Assembly (NCBI RefSeq): GCF_009914755.1
Contig: NC_060939.1
Origin: the human T2T-CHM13v2.0 reference genome, Homo sapiens
Reading direction: 5' to 3' (one strand)
Length of the DNA stretch: 64,000 nucleotides
Position numbers and translations under genes: made by a program. Below the pieces are notes generated by a model. That model saw nothing but the letters and a program-made list of their open reading frames with translations, did no database searches and was not told where the DNA came from. Positions 26,800 through 40,035 of this stretch are shown piece after piece. Position 1 is the stretch's first letter. The number at the start of each line of letters is the position of its first letter.

Positions 26800-27030
26800 G
26801 TGAAATAAAATAGATAAAAATGAAAACTCTAAAACTGAGGTTCTCACACTGCCACTTCTCTCTCTCTGACCTTGGATAAATTACTTTACCTCTCCTCTCC
26901 TCAGTTTCCTCACCTTGAAAGTGGGAATACAAATAGATTTTGTCTCATAGGGTTGTGGTGAAAAGTTAATGAATTGTTACAGTAGAGGCATTTGGAACTT
27001 TCTGGGTCCAGAGGAAATGCTCAATGCAAG
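26800..27030 (+). mobile_element. MIR
   Basis: tgaccttggataaattactttacctctc...ctcagtttcctcacctt...tcatagggttgtggtga. Confidence 0.75.
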
Positions 27031-27379
27031 TAACTTCCAATTATCTTATGGTTTTCCCTTCCTTTTCTTTTCATACTCTTCAGAATCACACAGTTTTCCC
27101 TCTTTGCTTTAGGATATTAGTTCAAACAAGATTTCTTCTTAATTGAGCATGCTTTTAGGGTCTCACCAGCCATGCAAGAGATTTACAGAAATATTTATTC
27201 AAATTACTCAGAAAACTACTCTGGAAAATAAAATTGGATTTTTCTACTTCATTTTTACAGTGGCTTCGATAGCTAGTTTTATTCTTCTCTTCCTCCTGCT
27301 TCTCCTCCTTCTTCAATAGTTATAAGATGACTATAATATTTGCCCTTCCTTTCAAACTGTCAGTGTTCTCCATCTCTTC

Positions 27380-28135
27380 CCTGAATATACTTTGCACACT
27401 CAGGCTTTTGTACTCACACACATCCCATTATTTCTGCCTGAAGTGCCATTTCCCACACTCCTAATGCCCAGGTAATATACATCCTTTAAAACCCAGTTTA
27501 CATACTATCTCGACATATATAAATAAGCATTCTCAATTCTGCAATTCAGTGGCATTGCATATATCTTAGGTGGTGTTTATGACTTCATATTTATAATTTG
27601 GCATTCATGTGTTTATCTTCTTTTTTTGACTGAAAGCATCTTTAAGGCAAGAGTCTTGGATTTCCATTTTGGTTCTACTATGTCAACTGCAGTGTATACA
27701 CACCCAGATAAATGTTTATTGAGTGGAGTAATATTAAGGTGTGAAAGGGAGAGTTTCCATCAAGTTCCCATACTGGGAACGGGGGAGAGGACAGTAATAA
27801 AAGAGAATTAGAAATACGAGGTTTGTGGTCAGTCTTTAAAGTGCTGTGTTCTTTTGTCAGATTCCAGGTGCTTAGATGGAGTGACTCTGCATGCCACCCT
27901 AACACTCCATCATCTCTTCCATTACTTCCAAGAAATCCACACTTCAACTGAATCAAACGAATCCAATAACCTGAATGTACCAAATCATTTTGTGCCTTTT
28001 AGGCCTAATCATCTAGCATTCTCTAGCCTACTAGAAGATAAGGAGTTTGCCTTTTATCTCTGTGTTCCCAGCATCTATAGTGTCTATTCTTACTGGATGC
28101 TCAGTAACTACTTAGGGATGAATGGATGAATGAAT
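27380..28135 (+). mobile_element. L2 fragments
   Basis: L2 3'-end motifs (tttaaggcaagagtc; ccagcatctatagtgtct...gctcagtaa...gaatggatgaatgaat). Confidence 0.6.
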
Positions 28136-28310
28136 TCATGTTTCTAGATGCTCTTAAATACATATTTGGCAACACTCAGGCCTAATGTTAGAGGAAGACT
28201 CTGGCAGTGTACAGCCAAGGATTCTGTAATTATAACTAAACTGACTACTATCCTCCCTCTGAGGTAGGGCAGAGATGCTGATGAACAGTTTAGTATAATT
28301 TGTAGGTATG

Positions 28311-28665
28311 TGTATCAGTCCATTTTTACACTGCTATAAAGAAATGTCTGAGATGGCTTATTTATAAAGGAAAGCAGTTTAATTGGCTCACAGTTCTGCA
28401 TGGCTGGGAAGGCCTCAGGAAACCTACAGTCATAGCAGAAGGCGAAGGGGAAACAGGCACCTTCTTTACAAGGTGATAGGAGAGAGAAGAGTGAAGGAAG
28501 AACTTCCAAACACATAAAACCACCAAATGTCAAGATAACTCATCCATTATCACAAAAAGAGTACAGGGGAAACTGCCCCCATGATCCAATCACCTCCCTC
28601 CCTCTACACATGGGGATACAATTTGAGATAAGATTTGGGTGGGGTCACAGAGCCATACTATAGCA
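28311..28665 (-). mobile_element. THE1D-like solo LTR
   Basis: Complete LTR with a perfect 5-bp TSD gtatg (28306-28310, 28666-28670). Confidence 0.93.
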
Positions 28666-29869
28666 GTATGTGACATGAGAGCAGTTACATGGGTAACAAA
28701 TCTTCTTTGATCTCCCCTGCTGGAGGAGATAGAGCTGAGGAAGAATTAGTATTCATATTTATTGTTATCATTATTCTTTGAATAATTAAATATTAATTTA
28801 TGCCTGAATTAACTAGACCTTATGTAAACCATAAAATAGACAAACCTGGCTAAGAACAAAATTGATGTCCAAGAAGATTTCAAGGATCTGCTGTTATATA
28901 GAGACTTTAGGTTTATCTAAGATGTGTGCAGAGTGTGGAACATCATATATCCTCTCTGAAAAAAAAATCCTAAATGCTATGACATTAGCCACTTGCTTAT
29001 AATTAAAGGATGTTGCCATTTCACCAAGCTTTCATTTACAGGAGAAAGTGCAAATTCCATTCCCCTTGAACTTTAGCTATTTCCAACTTTTTTCTTTGTT
29101 CTTTTCTTTAAAGCCTTGCAACAAATGCATCCCCATATGCTTATATTAGTTAATCTAGTATTAAACATATTGGCTGCGCAAAATGTTGGCACCCATTAAT
29201 AAATGTTTTCATTTTTTCATTCTCTCTCTTTTTTTTAACTTTAGATTTTTCCTTTGACTACACAAGCAACAGCTGTCTAGCTGCCTGAACAGGACTGGAT
29301 CTAATGCCTCTACAGAAATCTAGGTCAAAACACTTGGAATGCATGAATATCAAACAGAGTTTTCAAAACAGCAAATGAATACATCTTTAACTGGTGACAT
29401 TTTCCTGTAGCATATGGCTGCAAGCTCAGGGGACTGGATGCTTTTTTGATGAATATGTTCCATGAAAAACTAAGGGATGGCAGTAGGCTTTTTCCACCTT
29501 CTGTTTTGCCTTATGAAATGATAATGCAAACTCATAGATAGACACAATGATCACAAGTCTTTTGCCTTCAAACCTATTCTAAAGATGCATTTTCCCTTTT
29601 GGATGAGTTGCTTTATATTTATATGGGTTTAGGTTTTATACATAGTCATTAAAGGTGACAGCCAGTGGGGTGGTTTCTTTTCCTGGGTAAATGTGATTGG
29701 TGGAAAGCTTCAAAAAATTGAACCGAAAAGCAAATACTCACCAAAGAGGGAGACTGGGGAGTTTGGTCACATAAGTAACTTATACTCCCAGTGGCAAAAC
29801 ATTGAATCCCAATCCATTGTCAATGTCAATATTGAGGTGCTAGACAATCATTTACCAATGAGTAAAAGA

Positions 29870-30045
29870 GAAAAGCCTTGGGAAATTGGAGGCTAGCTCC
29901 TTAGTTCTGGATCTGCCAACAATAAGCCAAAGGTGACCCTAGACATGCCTTATCATCTCTATGGCCTCACTGTCCCTCTCATGTGTCGAATAACAGGACA
30001 GGACTATATTATTTCGAAGGTCTCTCCTAGATGTAAACTTCCAGC
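29870..30045 (+). mobile_element. MIR/MIR3 fragment
   Basis: gttctggatctgccaacaa...gtgaccctagacatgcct...ctctatggcctcactgtccctctcatgtgt. Confidence 0.55.
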
Positions 30046-30639
30046 TATGTGTAAGTGTATTAAGCTGTTTTGTTGTTATTATATCATGTTGTTTGGAATG
30101 AATGTCACAGCAGAGAAGAGTAGGCCTTGATTTCTTTTTTGATTGACTGTAAAATTCATTTTTTATCAAAGAAAAATTCTCCAGAATTCTACCTTTTCCC
30201 CACCAATAAAATAAGGCAACAATGGAGCTGTTGGTTAAGCAAGGGGAAGGAATTAGGATGCCCCCTTGGCTTGGTTTGTCTCCTACTTCTCAGGGCAGCA
30301 TCTGAAAACTAAGTGTGGAAAATCTGGGTCTCCACCAAGCCCAGTGTGAAAACCACTGGCTTAGAGGATGTGCGTATTAGTAATGGTGTTGGCTGTGGAG
30401 AGAGAGGTGTCAGAAACGCATTTCTTTCTTTGTGCATTTAGCTAAAGTGTATTTAATCAAACTTAGTTCATTTCAGTGACAGCTTAAACTTTAAGCCTGA
30501 TATTCGCTCTTGGTTTGGCTTTTGTTTAAAAAATAACCAGCAGAACCTGTGATTGTCACAGGAATCTATAAATGGATTGTTTGATTCACAAGGTGAACTT
30601 GGATATATGTTGCCTTCATTTGGTAATGCCTTACAAGAG

Positions 30640-31590
30640 TCTTGAAAAACTCATTTTAGAGGTGAATTCTCCCTCCCACCACAGATATTCTGTTACCCAG
30701 TTTTATGCCTCGAAAGCTACCACTGTTACTAGGTACTTGAGTAAGTGTTCAAAGTAATTTATAATTATATATTTATACGCATATGTATGTGTTTGTGTGT
30801 GTGTGTGTGTGTGTGCGCGCGCATGTTTTACTTTTTAGTGAAGTGGTAGGGTGTGGTATATACATAATAGCCCTTTGTTTTTTTAACCTAGTAATACGTC
30901 TCAGATATCATATCTTAGCAGACCTGTATAGCCTGGTTCTTTCTTTTAAAAGACTTCATAATCCCTTATTGTGGACATATAATAAATTTTAAAATAATCC
31001 GTCTTAAAATACTTTTACTTGAACTTACTTGTTTTTTTCCCCATTTACTGACAAGATAGTGATGAATATCCAAGCATGTATGTATTTATGAATAGATATG
31101 AGAACATCTAAAGGCAAATCTCCTAGAAATAAAATTGCTGGGTCAAAGGATATGTATACATTTAATTTAGGTAGATAGTGCCAAATAATGTTTACCTATA
31201 GTTATTATTTGCAGTTTAAAAACTTGACTGTAGTTGAACATATTTTCATATGTTTAAAAATTAATTATATGTAAAATCTCTGTTCATCTTGTATGTCCAT
31301 AAATGGAGTTAAGACAACTTAGTAGACATCTGGAAAAAAATAAAATAGTATTTCTACTTTATTTGCAGAACAAAAATAAACTCCAGATGGACCAAAGATT
31401 TTATGCTAAAAATAAGTACATTAAAGTACTATTAGAAAACATGACAGGATGTTTTCTTGTAAGTAATCCAGAACTAAGGAAGATCTTTCTAAGCATAATA
31501 CAAAACCTGCAAGCAATGACTCTGAAGGTGTGTAAGTCAATAAATCAATAGATATTGAAAAAATTTTAAAAAGGAATGACCAACTTTGGG
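30640..31590 (-). mobile_element. L1ME 3' element with an inverted 5' segment (31301-31590 on +)
   Basis: Antisense L1 3' end up to 31300, then sense ORF2 text (aaatggagttaagacaact...aataaactccagatggaccaaagattt...). Confidence 0.7.
30794..30826. repeat. (TG)n(CG)n alternating purine-pyrimidine tract
   Basis: tgtgtgtgtgtgtgtgtgtgtgcgcgcgcatgt. Confidence 0.9.
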
Positions 31591-31619
31591 TAATGACAAT
31601 GACACATTGGACCCAGAGT

Positions 31620-32180
31620 TGTTCACATCGAATAGTTTGTAGCAGACGCCCATTTAGGCTCAGTTTGTAGAGACTTGAAAAACTGTTGCTTTCACCTGAA
31701 CAGTGAAAATAATCTGGATAAGCTACAAAATCATATTTTATTTAAAACCCATCAGAGGACCAAGAACACAAAAAAAAGCTAAATGAAATTAATTCTAGAA
31801 AACAAATATCTCTTCATAACTACACTAGACCCACAGCCACTCTCCTCCCTCATGGAGCTGCAGAAGAAAAGGCCAGACCATAGATAAGAATAAGGAGAAG
31901 CCAGCCTAACCTATAATGGTCTTTTAATAACTCTGGGTGGCCTGGCATGACAGATGAGAATTCTACAGGGCCTCAGCCACATAGCAAGTCAGTATCCATC
32001 CTCCAACTCTTCACGCCCACCATTCCAGGTCTTCACTGCCTGCTTGACTGCTGAAAGGTAGCTCACTGAAGGCTGGTGACACCTTAGGACAGCCAAGAAC
32101 AATTTCTGCTGATCAGGAGAAATGAGAGAAACTGTCCAGCCATACAGCCCTTCCAAGAGAGTGAGGCAGCCACACACACA
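31620..32180 (+). mobile_element. Possible old L1M 5' region
   Basis: Weak resemblance to L1M 5'UTRs (aataatctggataagctacaaaatcatatttt...cccatcagag). Confidence 0.35.
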
Positions 32181-32189
32181 GATATACAT

Positions 32190-35070
32190 ACATCTCAATT
32201 AATAACATATTATAGAGTTTGGCGTGTTTTAAATTTTATAAAAAGAGTATGTCATTCTGTAGTTGGTCTTCTGAATTTTTATTTTTCATTTAAATTACAC
32301 TGACAGCCATTCATTATATGAAATGTGGCTGTGTTTCATTTCATTCATTCATTCTTACTGCAATTCCTTTTTGTGACTATACCTTAATATTTTTAGCCAT
32401 TCCCTTCTCTATGAACAAGCATTGTTTCTGGATGACCAAAATGCTGCTGTAAACATTCTTGTACATTCTTCTGGTACTTATGTGCTAAACTTTACATTGT
32501 GTAGGTACTCAGGTATGGACATTCTGAATAAAGAAATATTTAACTTTACAAGATTATGCCAAATTATTTCCCAAGTGGATTGTAGCAATTTACACCAGCA
32601 CCAGCAAAATATGAGATCGTATTGAGCCATAGCCCCTTTAACTCTTGGTATAATCAAGAATTCTTAATTTCTGCAATTTGAAATTTGTAAAAAGCATCTC
32701 ACTTTTGTCTTGACTTTCATTTTGCTCATTGCCAGTGTTGTTTAGTGGACGTATGTATTTTCTCTTCTGTACAATTTTTCTGTCTTTTTCCCATTTTTCT
32801 ACTGGATATTCCTTTTCTTGATTTTTAAGAGTTCTTTATAATTACTTGATAGTAACTCTTTTGAGATATATGTATTACAAATACCTTCCTCCAGGATATA
32901 GCTTGTCTCTACTTTCTCCTTTCCTTGAATGAAAGTTCCTTTTCCCAATCGTCTGCACACATTTCTGTTACACATCAAAGTTCCATATGTCCATAGGCTA
33001 TTTCTGATTTCCTATTTTATTCCACTGTTCAATTTGTCTGTCTTTGCATTAATGCTGTATTGCCCTAATTACTATAGCTTTATAATATGTTTTTTCCATC
33101 TGGTAGAAAAAAGTCCCTCTAACTTTTCTTCTTCAGTGTATCGTGGTAATCAATGCTTTGTTTTCCACATAGACTTTTAAACAAAACTCATCAAATTCCC
33201 TAAAAAAGGTTGCTGGGAATTTGAGTGGGAATGCATTAGATACATAGATACAATGATCTTTTCAGATTATTCCTTCTTTTCATAAATATGTTCCATTTCT
33301 TCATTTATTTACAGCTTTTTAAATGACTTACAATAAAATTTTAAAATTTTGTACATAGATGATTCCCATTTTTGTTGGATTTATGATGATATTTTATAAT
33401 TTTGGTTGTTAGTATAAATAGTGTATTTCTAAAATGTTTTTAATTGCTTATTGCAATGGAAAAACAACTGGGTCTGGATATACAGACATCTTGCTAAATT
33501 CGCATGTTTTTCTTAACAATCTACTGATATATTAGGAGTTTCTACATAGACCATCATATCAACTGCAAAATAATGTTTTATTTCCTCCTTTCCTATCAAA
33601 TTACCTTAGAGTTTTTTCTTTTCTTATTGTTCTAGCCAGTATCTCAAGACAATGTTGAATAGAAGTGATGATATTGGGCATCCTTTTCTTTTTCTTCGTA
33701 TTAGAGGAGATGGTCTCAATATTTCTTTATTATGATATTTGTCATTTTTCAGGTTGAGAAAGGAATATTCTATTTTAGGAAGAAAATTATGTGTAAATAA
33801 TCTCATTTTGTTCTAGTAGCTCTACCTCTGTTTTATTATATGTTGCTCTAAATATAGCATTGGAAAAATAACTCATTAATATCGGTGACATTGGAAATTC
33901 CTCTTTTATTTGCGATAATGCTCATTAGTTGTGTTGGCACTCAGAAACTGATATTCCAAAATATGGTGCTTTCTAAATGCTGAACTGAAAAAGAAGCCTC
34001 CAGGTCTCTCTGATCGTCACCCTACGCCCCTCTCCCAAAGCATAGCATATTGTCCTTTTTAAAAGTTCTCTTATCTGCTTAAGTCTGAACCTAACAAAGA
34101 ATAATACAGTTACCTCTGATCTCTTCTCTGAGTTTTCATTAACTGAACCCATATTGTAGGAAAGAAAACTAAAGTCTGTCAACAAACCTGGGCAAACTTT
34201 TATCACAAATTATTTTCTGCTCTGCAGGCCCAACACACTCTGCCCCAGACCATTGAATCTTCCCCAGTAATCATTTATTGTCCCTCAACAGAATTCCTCT
34301 TCTCCCCCTTTCCATCACATGTTTTGCCAGGATCCAAGCCCTCATTCTTTCTCTAACCTGAAAACAGCATCTGAGCTTTTGCCTTCTGTACCCCAATGAG
34401 GGGCTGGGCCTTAATTCCGATTTTGTATATATATACAAAATTTCCTTATTAAAGGGATAACTTTTCTAATATCAAATAATTAGAAACTAAAAATAAATTA
34501 ATTTTTATATTATTCTGTTTTCAAGAGTTTGTATAGTGTACAATGTAGTTTTTCTTGAAAGCTTAAAATAATTCACTCAGAATACTTTGTAGCTCAGCAT
34601 CTTTTCTTCTGAAACTAATTTTTAGTAAGTGTAAAAAGAATGCTCATGTGTTCGGCTCCCTTTTAGTCAATTTTGAATTATATTTTCCCACGAATCTTTT
34701 TTCACTGTTAACTTTTAAATTATTTGGCATAAAATTATATGTAGTGTCTTATACTTTTAACATCTTTTCCATATCTTTTATTCTTCATCTTTTGATGATT
34801 TTTTTCATTTTTCGATTATACCTGTCGATAAGTTTTTACCCCTAAAAAAGCAAACTTACAAAGATTTTGGGGGGATTAGGTTGGCATCAATATTTGCTTT
34901 ACTTTTATGATAAATTTAATTGTCCTATTAATTTATTATTTTAATTCTTTCTTTTAATCTTAGGCTAGTTTTAGTCTTTATTTTCGAATGTACTTTACCT
35001 TAATGTAAATGTTTTCTTCACCCTCCCTTGTTTACTTGTGAAAATATCTTTAATAAATGCTTAAAACTTT
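32190..35070 (-). mobile_element. L1ME ORF2 fragments, interrupted by an LTR
   Basis: ORF 33624-33806 contains RKGCPISSLLFNIVL (L1 RT motif QGCPLSPLLFNIVL). Confidence 0.7.
33932..34420 (+). mobile_element. MER34/MER39-group ERV1 LTR (3' end missing)
   Basis: tgttggcactcagaaactgatattccaaaatatggtgc...tgctgaactgaaaaagaagcctccaggtctctctga. Confidence 0.8.
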
Positions 35071-35086
35071 GAATTGTGTTGAAGAC

Positions 35087-35300
35087 CAGTGGTTCTCAAA
35101 CAGGACATTTGGCAGTGTCTGAAGACTTTTTTTTTTAATATTATATGACTTGAATTGGATCTAACTGTCATGTACTGGGTAGAGGCCACTAAACATCCTA
35201 CTGTGTTGCTGCCAAACATCCTAAATGCATAGGACTGCTCCACAGAACAAAAAATTATCCAACTCAAAATGACAATATTGCCAACATTGAGCAGCTCTTG
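35087..35300 (+). mobile_element. MER20 (hAT-Charlie)
   Basis: cagtggttctcaaa...ggacatttggcagtgtctgaagac...gggtagaggcca...aaacatccta...aattatccaactcaaaatgacaata. Confidence 0.85.
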
Positions 35301-36630
35301 TATCCAGGAATATACACGTATTTTGATATTTGATATTTAGATAATATTTGTTCAGTATTATAGGCAAGCCGTACTAAGAAACACACAACTTTCTCCTTTT
35401 TCCTTTTCATAATTTGCTAGAGAACAAAAACTAGTGGCATTCACATGTGCTTTATTTGGCTGGTTCTATATTTTAAAAAATAATCATATTCTACTGGATA
35501 GATAAGCATGTTTCACATTTTTACAGTTTCTGCTATTTAATATTTCTCATAAAAATTTGGTTTATAGTATCTATCTGATCAATGCAGAAATGTAAGTTTG
35601 TACCCCTGAATTATATACCAAATGGTCATCAGTGTCTCTTTTTAAAATTTTAGTTTGCCTGAAGGAGACAACACATTTCCATTGACAATAGTGGCTCACT
35701 AAGTTATCGTAGCTGTTTTCCTCAAAGATATGCCAGCCACAGAGGGTCAGTCATATTATGATCTTTTGACATGGGATGGGTGTCTCTGATAAGATCCTAC
35801 CTCTGTAGGGTGACGTAATGTCTATTTCTCCCCTATCGGAGTCAAAACTCATTGATATATACAAATTACTAAATTAAATATGTAGTACCGGATCTTTGTT
35901 TTATATTTTACTATGTAGACAAAAGCCCTGGGTTTCTGACTTTGAAATGCTAATAACCGATGCTCATTTATTTCAAAACAGGATGCAGTATGTTCTTATG
36001 TAGCATCAGGCTCACTAAATATTACTTTGCTGTGATTATTAGGGATCCATTGCATTATGGAATTATTTTCTAGGCTTTACTTAAAATATTCAATAGATTT
36101 AGATGTTCGGTAAAATTTTATTTAAGTTTATACTTACGTATCAGAAAAGAATGAAGTTTCCTTTTACAGAAACTACATTGATACCAAACTTTACCATTTT
36201 CCTGGAAAAACCAGTTTTCCATAACTTTGGCTTTTCCTTTTTGATTGAAAAAATCTTTCATGTAGGTGGGCTCATAAGGTCAAAATTTAGATCACTCTAA
36301 TTAATTAAATTTCAGAGAATATAACCATTGTTAAGAAAAGAAATAGAGCCAGGAATATTTTCAGACATTGAGAATAAATGCTGGTAAATTTTGTTTTATT
36401 TTTCTTAGTCTGGCAATCCATACTGTCTAAAATGTTGACTATACGAGAAAATACAAGTCGTAGTTCATTTGGAGGAAAGTCGTATCATCATTTCTTAGGA
36501 AGTCTGAGAACTTCCTCGGCTTTCACTTGATAATATGTCATTTTTTTCTCTTGGTGGGAGGTAGTAGGGAAGGGATATTAATTACCATTTCATATTTTAA
36601 GCTTTATAAACTAATTTGGCAAATACAAAG

Positions 36631-37054
36631 TGATACGGTTTGGATCTGTGTCCCCACTCAAATCTTGTTCAGTTGTAATCCCCAGTGTTGGAGATGGGGC
36701 CTGGTGGGAGGTGATTGGATCATGGTGGTGGTTTCTCATGAATTTTTTAGCACCAACCTTCTTGGTACTGTCATCAGAATAGTGAGTTCTCAGGAGATCT
36801 GGTGGTTTAAAAGTATGTACCTTGCTCTCTGTCTCTCTCTCTCTCTGTCTCTTGCAATGTGAGACATGCCTGCTCCAGCTTTGCCTTCCACCATGATTTT
36901 AAGTTTCCTGAGGCCTCCGCAGAGGCCTAGCAGATGCCAGCATTGGTGCTTCCTGTACAGCCTGTGGAGCCTGTGAGCCAATTAAACCTCTTTTATTTAT
37001 AAAGTACCCAGTCTCAGGTATTTTTTTATACCAATGTAAGAATGGACTAACACA
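36631..37054 (+). mobile_element. MSTA solo LTR
   Basis: tgatacggtttggatctgtgtcccc...gccaattaaacctctttt...gaatggactaacaca. Confidence 0.93.
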
Positions 37055-37149
37055 GTAAGTGTTTTTCTGAAGTTCAATAAATTAACAGCATGATAAAGAC
37101 TTCCTGTTTATGTAAGAAAAAACAGAACAAGAAAGCAAATAAACACAAG

Positions 37150-37975
37150 GCTTTAGTGAACTAATGGATCAGTAATAAGCCAGTGATGTAGTGTGGTTAC
37201 CAGAAAGGTAAAGGGATATAAATAGCATTAATAGAACAAACAGACTTAGTTTCATTCTCACTGTAAAAGTCACATCTGGAGTAAAAATCCCAAATATTTG
37301 TCTCTATGTGCCTTGCATTCAACTAGGCATTTTGCATACATTATATTTAATCCTTTTCCTGAAAAATAATCTCCCTCATTTTGCAGATGAGAGAAGGTAA
37401 TTGGCTTGCCCAAATCACTTGGCTCATTAATGGATGAGCGGGGATTTGTTCCCTGCCCTATCTGGTCCCCAAGCTGACAGCCTTTACACTACGCACCTCT
37501 GGCCTTAACTGTGTCTTGAATCTCACGGGGAGAATTTAAAGATTAGAACAGGTCCAGAGGAGGGTGTCTAGGATGACCAAGCATCTTAAACTATGACATG
37601 TGAGGAACAGTTGAAACAAAGAGTTTTGCCAGTGAGCAGTAGCATTAGAGGCCATGAAGAAAATGGTCTCCTTAATACTTGGTAGGGTAGAGGAGGGTTG
37701 AGATTTATTCTGTGTAGTGTATGAGCACGGACTTTGGACCAATTATTAGAATCTGGTGGAGAGATTTACTTAATACAAGCAATAATATTGTTTTGGTTTT
37801 TCTCTGTAGGATGGAATTGGGATGAAGAAGGAGAGATATTCTTTAAACATTTTTTAATAGAGAAGAAGAAAAATTGACTGGAAGTGCTCAAACTGCAGCT
37901 AGGTGAATGGGATATTTTGCACTATTTCTGCCTTGGGCATGATACTGAAGAAAGTGAATTTTAAGCTCCCCTCAA
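37150..37975 (+). mobile_element. L3/CR1 fragments, interrupted by a MIR
   Basis: CR1-like motifs (cacatctggagta; gtccagaggagggtgtctaggatga...atgtgaggaacagttgaa). Confidence 0.6.
37300..37495 (-). mobile_element. MIR
   Basis: tttaatcct...ctcattttgcagatgagagaaggtaattggcttgcccaaatcac. Confidence 0.75.
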
Positions 37976-39031
37976 CTGTAATAAATCATGGGTCTACTTT
38001 TTACCACAGGTGTATCAGCTTAGCAGGGTCAAGATCCTTGTTTAATTACACTAGTTTCTTACCTCTCCACCTCTTCACACCTTGAATGCAAGAGTTGTAC
38101 GTTAATTTAATGAGCAAGTGAATGCACAGAAAAGTCACAGATAAAATTAAGTAGTGTTAAAGTGGTGTGAAAATACCTTTACAACCAAGAAGAATCTTCT
38201 TATTAAAAGACCTAGAAGGTATTAAAATGGAACAAATTATTTCCATAAAGCATTACTGACTTTTTTATATGTTAATGATATTTTGACATGTAAATGTAAC
38301 TTAGGAGTCTGATTGTAATGTGTTAGATTATTTCCAAATGAGGAGAGATTTTAGAAGAAACACAAGTTTCCCCCACCACCTTTCAGAGCCAAAAATCAGT
38401 ATTTTGTTATTTGATTAAGAGACAGCAGAGTGGGATACTATGTTCATTGGAAAAACAAAATTAGGCAGTTTGGTGGTAAATATGCTGGAGGCCACTGCCC
38501 AGTCCTTTAAATTTGTGATCGTGTCTTCCTTTTGAAATACGTGTAAATGCTGAGAGTAACTCGAAGTCCTGCGACACCAAATAGTGACTAGAGGCTATGG
38601 AGAATTTGATAAAACACAAACACGTGGCTTGCAAGAAATAAGACAGGGCACATGTGGGCACGGTGTCAATCCTGGGCCCTGTGAGAGGACAGCAATGATG
38701 TGAGAGCCTGATACTTAGGGGTAGAGATGGAAGAGACCTAAAGGTTGCCAACAATTAGAGATGTAGGGAGTGAAAGAAGACAGAGAAGGGCTGACTTTTA
38801 TTCCTACACTAGGTCTCTTGATTTGGGTCACAGTGGGGATGGTAGATTTTATCTTCTGCTGTTTGAAAGCCATCTCTTGGGTTGGACAGATGCTGCTCAT
38901 TTAATAGGAAACAAGAACTGCTCCTGGATGGAATAATCCTTAGGACAATTTTCAGTTGTGGCCTTTCAAGGAATGCTAGTGAGGGACAGGGCTGCAAGAG
39001 AAAGCAAGTGCTCACAGGATTCAGCCACTGT

Positions 39032-39762
39032 TGTATAATAATTTGCAGACTCTTTGTTTCTGGTTCCTAGAAGGGAGATTCTAAATCCCTGGAATTTCCA
39101 GAGTGCTAGGATTGTCCTTGTTATTCATAATGGACCCCTTAAATCATAGTTGACTTTATGCTAGTGAGTTTATGACTATACATGGTGGGCCCCTAGATAA
39201 AGGATGAGGGCTGGCCATGCCAGACAGACCAACCATGTCATTAGATGGTTGGGGCTTTAAGCCTGGTGATATCAGCCAGACCTGAAATCCAGAGGGAGAA
39301 GAGGAGCTAAAGATTGAGTTCGGTCATGTACCCAGTGATGAAATTAGTCTTGTCTATGTAATAGACTTTAATAGAGACGCGAAACCTCAAAGTTCATGTG
39401 TGCTTTCCTGGTTGATAATCATACACTGATGTGCTGGGAGGGTGACAATACTGAGGACATGGAAGCTCAATGTCTGGGATCCTCCAGACCTTGCATCATG
39501 CATCTCTTTCTTTGGCTGATCTTGATTTGTATCTGTGACGATAAAGCTGTAATAAAGAAGTATAGTGCTTTCCTGAGTGCTGTGAGTCATTCTCGGAAAT
39601 TATCAAACCTAAAGGGGTAGTGAAAATCCCCCAATTCTTAGCTAGTTGGTCAGAAATGTGTATGTCCTGGACCCTGGAGCTTATGAGCTTGAGAGAGAAC
39701 TCTGCCCTTTACCTGTGAAATTTGACCTATCTACCAGTAGTTAGCATCAGAATTGTATTGCA
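39032..39762 (+). mobile_element. MER21C-like LTR
   Basis: gggctggccatgccagacagaccaaccatg...gtgctttcctgagtgctgtgagtcattct...gttggtcagaa...tcagaattgtattgca. Confidence 0.85.
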
Positions 39763-39879
39763 CCCATGAAGTAAAACACTCACTTCAGGATAAACTTGCA
39801 TGGGTGAATCCATACTGTGGGAGGCCCTCTCGCATGGTGGTGAATATCTTTGCCTCTGGTGAGAGGTGGCCCATGTTCC

Positions 39880-40035
39880 ATCCCAGCTCTGCCACTATCC
39901 AGCTCAGTGAGTTTGGACAAATAGCTAACCTTCTTTTCATAGCTTTGGCATCTATTAAATGAGAATAGTAGAAGTAACATTCTTCTAGGGTTATTAGGAA
40001 ACTTAAAATAATTAGTATGTCTAAAGCACTTATAA
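39880..40035 (+). mobile_element. MIR (resumes at ~40874, after LTR8A)
   Basis: tcccagctctgccact...tttggacaaatagctaacct...aaagcactta; continues cagtgattggcacaca. Confidence 0.7.
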
